NCBI GenBank assembly: GCA_038078775.1
Contig: JBBTSN010000053.1
Coordinates: forward strand, 1 to 24,975
Source: Patescibacteria group bacterium
GTDB lineage: Bacteria; Patescibacteriota; Patescibacteriia; UBA9934
Direction of reading: 5' to 3'
Length of the DNA stretch: 24,975 bases
Of the stretch, positions 1-8,693 are shown in pieces. Position numbers and translations under genes: made by a program. Numbering within the stretch: position 1 is the first letter of the stretch; each line of letters opens with the position of its first letter. The notes beneath the pieces were generated by a model. That model ran no database searches and was not told the origin of the DNA. It was given only the letters and a program-made list of their open reading frames with translations.

Positions 1-801
1 TATTTCAATGAGTAAAGGACCGTTAGCACTGCGAAGAATATCAACACCTGCAAGATCGAGGACTGTGATTTCAGTTGCCTTGAGTGCAAGCGCAGACTCT
101 GCTGCGGAGAGCTCTACCGGAGTTCCAGATCCGCCAAGGGACGCGTTTGCACGTACATCACCCGCTCGAGCAGTACGCTCCATTGCGGCAACTATTTTGC
201 CATGTAGAACAAGAACACGGAGGTCTCGTCGGTTTGCCTCGGAAATGAATTTTTCAATAATAAGCGGATTGCCATCGCGAACATTAAGATACTCAACCAT
301 TGGCAAAAAAGTCTCTGAATCAGTAGCGTAAAAAACGCCTTTTCCGTGGGTTCCAAAAGGAACTTTCATGATGACCGGAAAACCAAGACGATTTGCGGCT
401 TCAAGCGCATGTGCGGGAGCGCGAACAATTGCCCAAGGGGGCATGGGGAGACCTGCGGATTTAAAGCGAAGATGCTGGGTGAGTTTATCTTTAGAGACGA
501 TTAAGGCTTCGGGACTGCCATTCAAAACAGGAATACTCATTTGTTTGAGTGCCTCAAGAGTGGTTGCGTGAGGCATGGGCTCTTCAACAAAATTTGGACG
601 AGCAATCATGACGTTTGGCGCAAAAAAGGGCTTGCCGTCATAATAGGCTTGGAGCCCTTTTTCCGTATGCTCAAACGCAAAAAGCGTTTCGTAAAAAACG
701 CTCATAGTGTGGCCAAGTGCCTGTCCAGCCTCGACCAATCGAACAAAGCCACTTGCCTTATCAAGCAAAGGATCTGAAAAGATGAGAATGCCGATATTCA
801 T
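1..801 (-). CDS. RimK/LysX-family ATP-grasp amino acid ligase (3' end runs off the window)
   Basis: Not in the ORF track. My translation from ATG at 801 is open to base 1: MNIGILIFSD...SKDKLTQHLRF...LGFPVIMKVPFGTHGKGVFY...LIIEKFI...DLRVLV...RANASLGG...LAGVDILRSANGPLLIEI, which contains the ATP-grasp/RimK motifs. Confidence 0.9.
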   Translation of the reverse strand, partial: MNIGILIFSDPLLDKASGFVRLVEAGQALGHTMSVFYETLFAFEHTEKGLQAYYDGKPFFAPNVMIARPNFVEEPMPHATTLEALKQMSIPVLNGSPEALIVSKDKLTQHLRFKSAGLPMPPWAIVRAPAHALEAANRLGFPVIMKVPFGTHGKGVFYATDSETFLPMVEYLNVRDGNPLIIEKFISEANRRDLRVLVLHGKIVAAMERTARAGDVRANASLGGSGTPVELSAAESALALKATEITVLDLAGVDILRSANGPLLIEI

Positions 802-846
802 GTGGCTACAGAATAAAGGAATCTCAGAAAAAGAAAACCCCCTGCG

Positions 847-1067
847 CTAAAGTTTCGCCATTGCGGTTGAAAACTCTTCATCGGTCGCTTCGGGACCCTC
901 AAGTTGCGCAAAAGGGCGCGTCTGCCAGTAGGGAAGTGATTTCATGTTGCGACGGGTCAGACGCTCTCCAAATCGAACTTGCATACAGGCCCCTCGGAGA
1001 GCTTAAGACCAATATCTCCCGCATGATTATCTGCAAAAGGCATTCCGCACGTAATGCATGATTTCAT
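847..1067 (-). pseudogene. Disrupted small zinc-ribbon (CxxCGMP) protein
   Basis: 1067-957 reads MKSCITCGMPFADNHAGDIGLKLSEGPVCKFDLESV*. A second frame (966-847) reads ERLTRRNMKSLPYWQTRPFAQLEGPEATDEEFSTAMAKL*. Together they resemble the N- and C-termini of one zinc-ribbon-2-like protein. Confidence 0.6.
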
Positions 1068-1137
1068 ATGAGGGGAGTGTAGCAAAGAGGCGAGGAAAAG
1101 GAATGAGGAGGAAGGGGATTCGGGTTATGGGTTGTAA

Positions 1138-1180
1138 ATGTAAAAAACTCTTTACATGTGATGTGAAACTCTTTTTACAT
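1138..1180. promoter_or_regulatory. Two tandem 20-bp palindromic operator-like sites
   Basis: ATGTAAAAAACTCTTTACAT (1138-1157) and ATGTGAAACTCTTTTTACAT (1161-1180), separated by 3 bp, in an intergenic region. Confidence 0.5.
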
Positions 1181-1460
1181 TCTGAGAATCTCCGGCAAAG
1201 AAAAATAAACGGAACACAGTATCTGACTCAAGGATGACGTACCCTCTTTAAAAACTTTTTATTTGTCTACGATATTCTGGACAAATTGTTTTTTCTTGTA
1301 GGTCTCACCGGTAGGGGTTGTTGCTTCGGCTGAACCCCCCTCACTCCCCCTTTAAAGAATCACTTTGATACATCAAAAAATAATTCCAAGGATGAATATA
1401 CAAAGAAACAGAATCAAGAAAATATCAAGAATATGAGGGAGTCCGAGGGAGAAACATACG

Positions 1461-2987
1461 TCATCTCCCGTGCTGATGATGCGAAGCCAGAGCGGTTTGT
1501 ATTGGGGAATGACACACACCAGGCTCAATTACTTGTGCAGCGCGTCGTCCGCTTTCCACGGCACCTTCAATGCTCCAAATATCCGCCTCAGTTTTGGTGT
1601 GAGCTCCCGCAAGAAGCAAATTGGGAACAGGAGTTTTTTGTGTAGGAAGATAGGGCTGCGTATGATTGCTCATAACCCACTTGGATTGCTCGGGAGTTAT
1701 TCCCTCGGGGGAGAATTTCCATTCGTGCCACACCTCGATTCTGAGGATAGAGAAATCTTTGAGAGTTTTATTGCGATTCGCTTCGCGGATAAGTGCATCA
1801 AGCTCTTCGCAGCGAAGAAGCTGCGTTGTTATTTCTTCAATGAATTGTTCCTGCGTGCATTTTTCAAGAGGAAGGCCGAATACTTTTCCTGGCTCACTTG
1901 CTACACAAGCCGTTCCCGTCCAAAGCGAAGCCACGCCATCTCCGAGTGATACACCGGGTGACCAGACCTGCTCTTGCGCAAATAGAGTAATATTAAATTC
2001 AGAATCAGGAAGGAGAAAGGCGCTTCGTTCTTTTGGCCAAGCGATGTGTTCTTTGAACGCAATACGAAAAGATACTTGTGTGTGCGGCCCGTCGGTAATG
2101 AGTGGACGAAAAAGATTTAGCTGATCGAGCTTTGCAAGCGCAGGGGTGCGCTCGATAATTTCTGCGGCCGCAAAAGGATTGGTGGCAAGCACGTAGATGT
2201 CCGCGTTGATGTGCTCGCCATCATACGCAAGTTGTTGGAGTGATTTTTTCCAGAAAAAAGAAACATCTTTTTGACGAAGATAGGGGATCCATTTCTCAAA
2301 CCAGAACTCATTACTCGGACCCTTAAGAAGGAGCCATCCGCTTCCTGATCCTTGCGTCCACGTGTCGCCCTCTTCATCTGCTTTGTGCGTATGCGAGGGA
2401 TAGGACAAAATATTCCTTCTAAAGAATTGCCCTACGTGATGGAGAGATGCGCGCGTCCAATCACATCCTACCCACGGGCCAAATGTTGCTCTCCATGTTT
2501 TCCATCCTCGTTCGCTCATGAGTGGGCGCCATGCTTCTGCAGCGTTGAGGGACGAGTAATGCTTTTCTGTACGAACATTCGCGGTCCACGTTTTAAAAAG
2601 CACGATGCTCCACGTGATTTTATCGAACCATGTCATGCGGAATCTGAGAAACATTCCAAAGACGGTATCTTCATTGAAACCGTTTTTTGCCGTATCTCCC
2701 ACCATGCCGTAGTTGATAGGGCGAGAAAGTGCGGCGTCATATACCGTTCTTTTTTCATCAAAGGGAATTTGCTTCATGACATCAAAAACGTTGTGATACC
2801 AAGGTCCAAATCCATGCCAAGAATATTCGGATGGCATTCCCTGATCTTGGGGCATGCGCGCGCTTCTAAAAAATCCTCCAGCGTCAGCATTTGCTTCGTA
2901 TATTGTTACTTTATAGCCGAGATGTGCAAACTCATGCGCCGCGCTTAAACCCGCAATACCCGCTCCAAAAACCGCTACGGATTTCAT
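1461..2987 (-). CDS. FAD-dependent oxidoreductase (amine oxidase/phytoene desaturase-like superfamily), probably frameshifted near its 3' end
   Basis: N-terminal Rossmann motif VAVFGAGIAGLSAAHE...YEA...GG and C-terminal LLLAGAHT...SIEGAVESGRRAA. An alternative-frame hydrophobic tail continues to a stop at 1373. Confidence 0.85.
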   Translation of the reverse strand: MKSVAVFGAGIAGLSAAHEFAHLGYKVTIYEANADAGGFFRSARMPQDQGMPSEYSWHGFGPWYHNVFDVMKQIPFDEKRTVYDAALSRPINYGMVGDTAKNGFNEDTVFGMFLRFRMTWFDKITWSIVLFKTWTANVRTEKHYSSLNAAEAWRPLMSERGWKTWRATFGPWVGCDWTRASLHHVGQFFRRNILSYPSHTHKADEEGDTWTQGSGSGWLLLKGPSNEFWFEKWIPYLRQKDVSFFWKKSLQQLAYDGEHINADIYVLATNPFAAAEIIERTPALAKLDQLNLFRPLITDGPHTQVSFRIAFKEHIAWPKERSAFLLPDSEFNITLFAQEQVWSPGVSLGDGVASLWTGTACVASEPGKVFGLPLEKCTQEQFIEEITTQLLRCEELDALIREANRNKTLKDFSILRIEVWHEWKFSPEGITPEQSKWVMSNHTQPYLPTQKTPVPNLLLAGAHTKTEADIWSIEGAVESGRRAAQVIEPGVCHSPIQTALASHHQHGR

Positions 2988-3033
2988 ATGTGTTTATAGT
3001 AGTCTCCTGCGTGGTATTTGCAATGATTTCCCA

Positions 3034-3090
3034 TAAAAAAACGTTCTTGGCATGGAGAAGAGTGTGAGACTCATTCCATACCAAGAACGT
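3034..3090 (-). terminator. Rho-independent terminator after the major pilin
   Basis: Inverted repeat ACGTTCTTGG(C)ATGGA...TCCAT(A)CCAAGAACGT (3041-3090), followed on - by a T tract (A-run 3035-3041 on +). Confidence 0.7.
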
Positions 3091-3097
3091 ATATTTT

Positions 3098-3592
3098 TTA
3101 GCGAGATACAGAGATCACTGCTCCAGCTTCAGCGTCACATGCTGAGATGGTAATGGTTCCGCTGGCACGACGAATGATTGAATAGTCAGTTTGTTCAGCA
3201 GTACCCGTACTTGGATCAAAAGGAATGCTTCCAAGATAGCCTTCAGTTGCAAGAGCGGTAAGATCAGCACATGCGGCCTCTGTAACGCCGGTGCAGCTAG
3301 AATCGCACCCCGATGCATCGGTTCCTATTTGATATGCAGTATCTGCGGTTAATGCAGCTACTGAAGCAACATATGTTCCGCCGTTATCTGCCTGATCAAT
3401 CTTCAGTGCAGAAAGAATCGCGGCAGTATCGCTTGAACGACGAGCATTGCGAGAGTCTTGAAAACGCTTTGCGGGATTGAGTGCCACGAAAACTGCGGCT
3501 GCGAGCACGATGATGATAGCGATGACAATTAACAACTCCATGAGGGTAAAACCTCCAGGGAGCACTTGTTTCTTTGCTGGTTTTGTTGACAT
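3098..3592 (-). CDS. Type IV major pilin-like protein
   Basis: Class III signal G|FTLMELLIVIAIIIVLAAAVFVALNP with Glu at +5, and C-terminal cysteines. Transcribed divergently from pilB. Confidence 0.92.
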   Translation of the reverse strand: MSTKPAKKQVLPGGFTLMELLIVIAIIIVLAAAVFVALNPAKRFQDSRNARRSSDTAAILSALKIDQADNGGTYVASVAALTADTAYQIGTDASGCDSSCTGVTEAACADLTALATEGYLGSIPFDPSTGTAEQTDYSIIRRASGTITISACDAEAGAVISVSR

Positions 3593-3722
3593 AGGTACAT
3601 GTTATATGCGCTACTCCGCGCTTTGAAGACAGTATAGCTGATACCGCGAGGCACTTTCGATCCCTTGCGCATAACTTTCTTTGAATATGAGCATAGTAAG
3701 GTAAGCTATAGTAAGTATTTCT

Positions 3723-5060
3723 ATGAAAAAGAAGCAAACAACCCCAGAAAATGATGATGTGACAGATGTTCCAGAGGTCCCAGAGGTCCATGTAACTTTA
3801 GATGTAAAAGACGCTAAAAATATTCCTACAAAAGAGGATATTGAGATCTTGATTGCAGAAGCAACAGGTGAAAACGCAAAAGATGATGCAGCGGTTGACG
3901 TTTTTGCGCAGCTTATGATTTTTGCGCACGGTTCGCGTGCATCGGACGTGCATCTAGAGCCCTGGAAAACAAATGCAAAAGTGCGAACGCGTGTTGATGG
4001 CATTTTGCACGACCAATTTGATATGAGCACACAGGTGCACGGACGTGTTATCGCGCGTTTAAAGATTTTGACACGCATGCGCACCGATGAACATCGCGCC
4101 CCACAAGATGGTCGTTTCCAATTTGTAAGCCCTCTTGGCAATGTCGATGTACGTGTTTCCGTTATTCCCACCGCCCTCGGAGAAAAGGCTGTTTTACGTC
4201 TCCTCTCGAGCCAGTCTCACCAACTTACCCTTGAGCAACTCGGGTTTGCAGAAAATGATTTATTGCGTGTACAGCGGGCTATCCGTAAGCCATGGGGAAT
4301 GATCTTGGCAACGGGGCCAACAGGAAGTGGAAAAACAACATCCATTTACGCTATTCTTGAAATTCTCAATAAACGTGAAGTGAACGTGGCGACCATTGAA
4401 GATCCGGTGGAGTTTGAAATTCCTGGCACCAATCAAAGCCAAGTCGATAGTGTCGCGAAGCTTACGTTCGCGACGGGCCTCCGTTCACTTTTGCGTCAAG
4501 ACCCAGACGTTATTATGGTCGGAGAGATTCGTGACCAAGAAACCGCAAAAATTGCAGTAAATGCTGCCATGACCGGGCATAAACTTCTTTCAACATTGCA
4601 TACGAATAACGCCGCAACCACCGTTCCTCGTATGATCGATATGGACGTTGAGCCCTTCCTTATCTCGTCAACATTTATTTGTGCAATTGCGCAACGTTTG
4701 GTGCGCCGTGTGTGTCCAGACTGCGTAACCACCACAATGTTTACAAAAGAAGAAGCAGCAAAGCTTTTCAGTAAGGAAACAGTTGCAGCGATTTTTGATA
4801 AAACAGACTCAATTGAAGTTGCACAACCAGGAAAGTGTAAAAAATGTGGCGAGAGTGGATATAAGGGGCGTATTGGTATTTATGAAGTTCTCGAGAATTC
4901 CCCTGCTATTCAACGTCTTATTATAAACCGTGCAAGTAGTGATGAAATTCAGGAGCAGGCAATAAAAGAAGGAATGACCACGGTGGTACAAGACGGTGTA
5001 CGCAAAGTTCTTGCAAAGCTCACTACGGTAGAAGAGCTGGTTCGCGTAATGCAAGAATAA
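3723..5060 (+). CDS. pilB: PilB/GspE-family pilus assembly ATPase (short N-terminus)
   Basis: ASDVHLEP, RAPQDGR, Walker A GPTGSGKTT, TIEDPVE, LRQDPDVIMVGEIRD, LSTLHTN, and the tetracysteine motif CPDC...CKKC. Confidence 0.95.
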   Translation: MKKKQTTPENDDVTDVPEVPEVHVTLDVKDAKNIPTKEDIEILIAEATGENAKDDAAVDVFAQLMIFAHGSRASDVHLEPWKTNAKVRTRVDGILHDQFDMSTQVHGRVIARLKILTRMRTDEHRAPQDGRFQFVSPLGNVDVRVSVIPTALGEKAVLRLLSSQSHQLTLEQLGFAENDLLRVQRAIRKPWGMILATGPTGSGKTTSIYAILEILNKREVNVATIEDPVEFEIPGTNQSQVDSVAKLTFATGLRSLLRQDPDVIMVGEIRDQETAKIAVNAAMTGHKLLSTLHTNNAATTVPRMIDMDVEPFLISSTFICAIAQRLVRRVCPDCVTTTMFTKEEAAKLFSKETVAAIFDKTDSIEVAQPGKCKKCGESGYKGRIGIYEVLENSPAIQRLIINRASSDEIQEQAIKEGMTTVVQDGVRKVLAKLTTVEELVRVMQE

Positions 5061-5063
5061 TAT

Positions 5064-6191
5064 ATGGCTCTGCCTCCAAAGACGAAGCGTAAAGCCGCGC
5101 CCACTATTTCTGCCCCCGAGGCACCACCAAGGGTCAGTCTTATAGATCGTTTGAATGTTCGTCTTTCGCATACGGAGCAGTTGCTACTTACGAAGTATCT
5201 CTCAGTGCTCTTGCGCTCAGGACTTCCTATTGATGATGCGCTTGACCTTTTATTGCAGCAGGCAAAGGGACCACTCAAGAAAATTCTTACACGATTAAAA
5301 GATGCAGTTACGAGTGGAAAGACGTTGGCAGACGGTCTTTCTAGCTACCCGCATGTTTTTTCAAGTGTATATATCAATCTTATTCGTGCAGGAGAGGCAT
5401 CCGGAATGTTGCAGGAAAACTTTGAGCAACTCTCTTTGCAAATGCAAAAAGAACATGAGCTTCGTAAGAAGATTCAAGGAGCAATGATGTATCCCGCAAT
5501 TGTGCTGATAAGTGCGCTCGGTGTCTCGACGGGTATTGTGGTATTCGTGCTGCCAAACATTGTAAAGCTATTTGATTCGTTGAATGTTGTTCTTCCGCCT
5601 ACAACGAAGGCTCTCTTGTGGATTTCCGCTGTCATGACAAACAACGGCCTTGCGCTTGCAGTGGCCGGTGTGTGTTTAGTGATTGGATTTCTTTTTGCTC
5701 GAACATTTACGCCTGTTAAATGCATTACCCACTGGATTACCCTACACTTTCCTGTTATCGGGACGATCGCTCGTAATACGAACCTTGCACGCATTTCTCG
5801 TCTTCTCGGAACACTTCTTAAATCAGGAATGCCAATTACTGCTGCATTAGCTGTAACGATTTCCGTTTTAAAAAATGTGTACTATCGGCGCTTATTTACG
5901 CAAGTCCAAGAAGCGCTTGCAAAAGGGGGTACTATTGCTTTAGCACTTGAGCCTTATCCGCATCTTACGCCCCCTATTGCTGTTCGGCTGATTCGTGTAG
6001 GCGAAGAAACAGGAACCCTCGGGGATATGCTTATTTATCTCGCAACGTTTTACGAACAAGAAGTGGATGAATCTACAAAGAATGCTGCTACGTTGCTCGA
6101 GCCACTGCTCATCGTAATGATCGGTATTATGGTAGGTACGCTTGCATTTTCCATTATCACGCCAATCTATAAAGTTATTGGATCGATATAG
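5064..6191 (+). CDS. pilC: PilC/GspF-family inner-membrane platform protein
   Basis: Two T2SSF repeats (LLRSGLPI...AGEASGML; LLKSGMPI...VGEETGTL), AMMYP and LLEP motifs, and three TM segments. Confidence 0.95.
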   Translation: MALPPKTKRKAAPTISAPEAPPRVSLIDRLNVRLSHTEQLLLTKYLSVLLRSGLPIDDALDLLLQQAKGPLKKILTRLKDAVTSGKTLADGLSSYPHVFSSVYINLIRAGEASGMLQENFEQLSLQMQKEHELRKKIQGAMMYPAIVLISALGVSTGIVVFVLPNIVKLFDSLNVVLPPTTKALLWISAVMTNNGLALAVAGVCLVIGFLFARTFTPVKCITHWITLHFPVIGTIARNTNLARISRLLGTLLKSGMPITAALAVTISVLKNVYYRRLFTQVQEALAKGGTIALALEPYPHLTPPIAVRLIRVGEETGTLGDMLIYLATFYEQEVDESTKNAATLLEPLLIVMIGIMVGTLAFSIITPIYKVIGSI

Positions 6192-6193
6192 CC

Positions 6194-6688
6194 ATGTACA
6201 ATCCAAGAGGCACCACGTTTATCGAAGTAATGCTTGTCGTGGCTCTTCTCCTCGGTATGTTTACGTTTGGTGGATTTGCGCTTTCTCGTTTTCAAAAATC
6301 AACAGCTTCTATTGCGAGCGATAGGGGAGTGGTAAACGCCCTTTCTATCGCAGCTCGACGTGCAAGAAGCGGTGCATCAGGAACAGTATGGGGAGTGTAT
6401 ATTCCCTATGATGAATCCACGCGATTAGCCTCAAACATTATAGTTTTTTCTGGAACAAGTTATGCTGCACGTACGGTAAGTAAAGATATGGTTTTTTCTT
6501 TGAGTGACAGTATTGCATTCACGAGTGTTGATTTTAGTGGGAGCGGAGTGGATGCAACAAATAGCCACGAAATTGTTTTTGCTCCACTCACGGGAGCTAC
6601 AACGCAGTACGGATCTCTTGTACTTTCATGGTTTGAAACAACGCGAACTATTCTTATAGGATCAAACGGAATTCCTGTTCGGCAATAA
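6194..6688 (+). CDS. Minor pilin/pseudopilin-like protein
   Basis: RG|TTFIEVMLVVALLLG prepilin-like N-terminus; lies in an operon with pilBC. Confidence 0.8.
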   Translation: MYNPRGTTFIEVMLVVALLLGMFTFGGFALSRFQKSTASIASDRGVVNALSIAARRARSGASGTVWGVYIPYDESTRLASNIIVFSGTSYAARTVSKDMVFSLSDSIAFTSVDFSGSGVDATNSHEIVFAPLTGATTQYGSLVLSWFETTRTILIGSNGIPVRQ

Positions 6689-6689
6689 T

Positions 6690-7553
6690 ATGAATTATCC
6701 TCGCGGTTCTATGCTCTTGGAGGCGCTTATCGCCGTAGGTGTAGCGTCAATGTATATCACAGGGATTTTAGGGCTGGTTTTAACGGCAAATCGCTCGAGT
6801 GATCGCGCAGAAGAAACGGAGAGAGCGGTCTGGAATATGAATGAGGGACTTGAGGCATTACAAACCGTTACTTTTGCTGATCTTCCCACAACAAATACAG
6901 GATCACTTACTTTTGGAAGTGGAAGCTGGGCGGTAGGAGCGTTGGGTCCCCAAATACTCTCTGATGGCATGATCCGAACGGTAAAGATACAGAGTGTAAA
7001 TCGCGATGCACAGTGTCTTGTGGTTGCCTCGGGAGGAACCTTGGATCCTGATAGCAAAACGCTCGTGAGTGAAGTTTCTTGGACAGATACTGCGGGTCGT
7101 CTGCATACGATTTCTTCCTCATCACTTCGTACAAATTGGGAGAATCCTACCGGATCTTGTTTTGCGGCTACCATGGTAAATCAGATCACGTTCGATATAA
7201 GCGGTGCGGTGTATTCAGGAGGCAAGCAGTTACGCCAAGTGTATTTCACGAATAACGGAACTACGGCGGCAACCATCGATAAGATTGCAATGACATGGAA
7301 TAATGGTGCCGAATTTGACCAACTATTCATGGATAATTCAAAGGTATGGTCAGCATCTGGCCCAGGTACTCCTGCAGGTAGCCAGCTGAGTGGTACGGAA
7401 TTGGATATCCAAAACTTCGTTCTAGCGCCAGGTGCGACTGCTGAGCTGAATAAAGGACAATTCAATATCAACATGGGAGGAACAACGCTTACCATGACGG
7501 TAACCTTTACCGATGGATCATCATGGACTTCACCCGTTTTTTATCCGCTCTAA
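6690..7553 (+). CDS. Minor pilin-like protein with an extra C-terminal beta-rich domain
   Basis: RG|SMLLEALIAVGV N-terminus; 287 aa with a Gly/Thr/Asn-rich C-terminal half. Confidence 0.75.
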   Translation: MNYPRGSMLLEALIAVGVASMYITGILGLVLTANRSSDRAEETERAVWNMNEGLEALQTVTFADLPTTNTGSLTFGSGSWAVGALGPQILSDGMIRTVKIQSVNRDAQCLVVASGGTLDPDSKTLVSEVSWTDTAGRLHTISSSSLRTNWENPTGSCFAATMVNQITFDISGAVYSGGKQLRQVYFTNNGTTAATIDKIAMTWNNGAEFDQLFMDNSKVWSASGPGTPAGSQLSGTELDIQNFVLAPGATAELNKGQFNINMGGTTLTMTVTFTDGSSWTSPVFYPL

Positions 7554-7554
7554 T

Positions 7555-8118
7555 ATGTGGTCTCATCTTCCTCAAGGAACTTCTCTCATTGAGACCGTTA
7601 TCTACATTGGTCTTATTGTTATTACTCTGCCTGCATTTGTCATTTTTATTCTTCATACGCAGTCCCAATATGTTCTTTTTGATGCCCGGACGCGCATGGA
7701 GCAGACTGCTGCACTTACGTTCTCTGAATTACAAACAACATTCACCGCTGCCGATGCTATCACTACCAGCACTTCAACGCTTGGAGTGAATCCGAGCGTG
7801 TTGCGTTTTCAGAATGCTTCAGGGAATACGGTTGTTATCGACGCTCCTACGGTAGCGACGGCATTTCCTAGTGGAATGCAGAACGTTCGACGTCTTCGTA
7901 TGCAGGTTGGTGCGAGCCCCGCCGTTTATCTTACCGACGGAGATATTGATGTAACGGAATGGCAGGTTTCGGCAGTAAGAAATAGTGTAGGTACATTAAC
8001 GGGTGTTCGAGTAAATATAGACTTTGCTATGTTGGGAGCGACAAACGGCGTCTATCGGGGAAGCACGTTTTCTGCTGATACCACCTTCGGCCTCTCTCCT
8101 CACGCGATAGAAAATTGA
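7555..8118 (+). CDS. Minor pilin-like protein
   Basis: Likely start is ATG 7555 (MWSHLPQG|TSLIETVIYIGL), right after the upstream stop. Confidence 0.78.
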   Translation: MWSHLPQGTSLIETVIYIGLIVITLPAFVIFILHTQSQYVLFDARTRMEQTAALTFSELQTTFTAADAITTSTSTLGVNPSVLRFQNASGNTVVIDAPTVATAFPSGMQNVRRLRMQVGASPAVYLTDGDIDVTEWQVSAVRNSVGTLTGVRVNIDFAMLGATNGVYRGSTFSADTTFGLSPHAIEN

Positions 8119-8119
8119 T

Positions 8120-8506
8120 ATGCAAAGACCTCTCATACAAAAAAATGGCATAGCACTTCTCTTGGTCGTTCTTGCACTTGGCATGTTGAGCATGGGAACG
8201 TTATCGGTGTTGGCAATTAATAGTTTGAATGGATTTTTGGAAGCAAATGATATGCAAGTTGGCCTTGCAACGCGTGCAGAAGTTATGGGATGTCTTGATG
8301 AAGCGCTTATTCAGCTTAAAAAAGATAACGACTTTGCTTCTTCCACAGTTACCACATCAAATGCCACTTGTACGCTGGTAGCAACAACACCCGTAGCAGG
8401 CCAGCGACTTATAGTTCTTTCTCTTACTGATCAAGGATTTACTCGTTCGGTTCGCGCTACCGTTACCCTGAGTCCTTTCGCGGTCACGCAAGTAAACGAG
8501 CCATAA
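8120..8506 (+). CDS. PilX/GspK-like minor pilin
   Basis: KNG|IALLLVVLALGML: hydrophobic helix without Glu5, last gene of the minor pilin run. Confidence 0.7.
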   Translation: MQRPLIQKNGIALLLVVLALGMLSMGTLSVLAINSLNGFLEANDMQVGLATRAEVMGCLDEALIQLKKDNDFASSTVTTSNATCTLVATTPVAGQRLIVLSLTDQGFTRSVRATVTLSPFAVTQVNEP

Positions 8507-8542
8507 GTTGTGGGGTGACACCTCTCTCTTTTTTGTGAAAAT

Positions 8543-8593
8543 TTTGTATGACAAAATGTATGTACAATTCTACATACAAATGTATATACATTT
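8543..8593. repeat. Cluster of nested TGTA-type palindromes
   Basis: TTTGTATG/CATACAAA (8543-8580), TGTATGTA-n6-TACATACA (8557-8578), and the perfect 16-mer AAATGTATATACATTT (8578-8593). Confidence 0.6.
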
Positions 8594-8693
8594 TAAGAGC
8601 CCTTCATAATACGAGAAATGGATAGGGTACCGGACCCGTTCACAACAAGACGACACGCGCCATCACCTCCTCCCACCCCCTAAAAGACTCACT

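Noticed and set aside
8-777. Plus-strand track ORFs at the window start
   Set aside because: They are antisense shadows of the RimK-family gene on -.
1313-1353. GGGGTT…TTCG…AACCCC hairpin with C-tracts
   Set aside because: A single copy in the window, most simply a terminator for the oxidoreductase; no evidence for a repeat family.
2195-2235. Possible in-frame deletion in the FAD oxidoreductase (…YDGEHINADIY…)
   Set aside because: It looks short compared with my memory of homologs, but this cannot be supported without an alignment.
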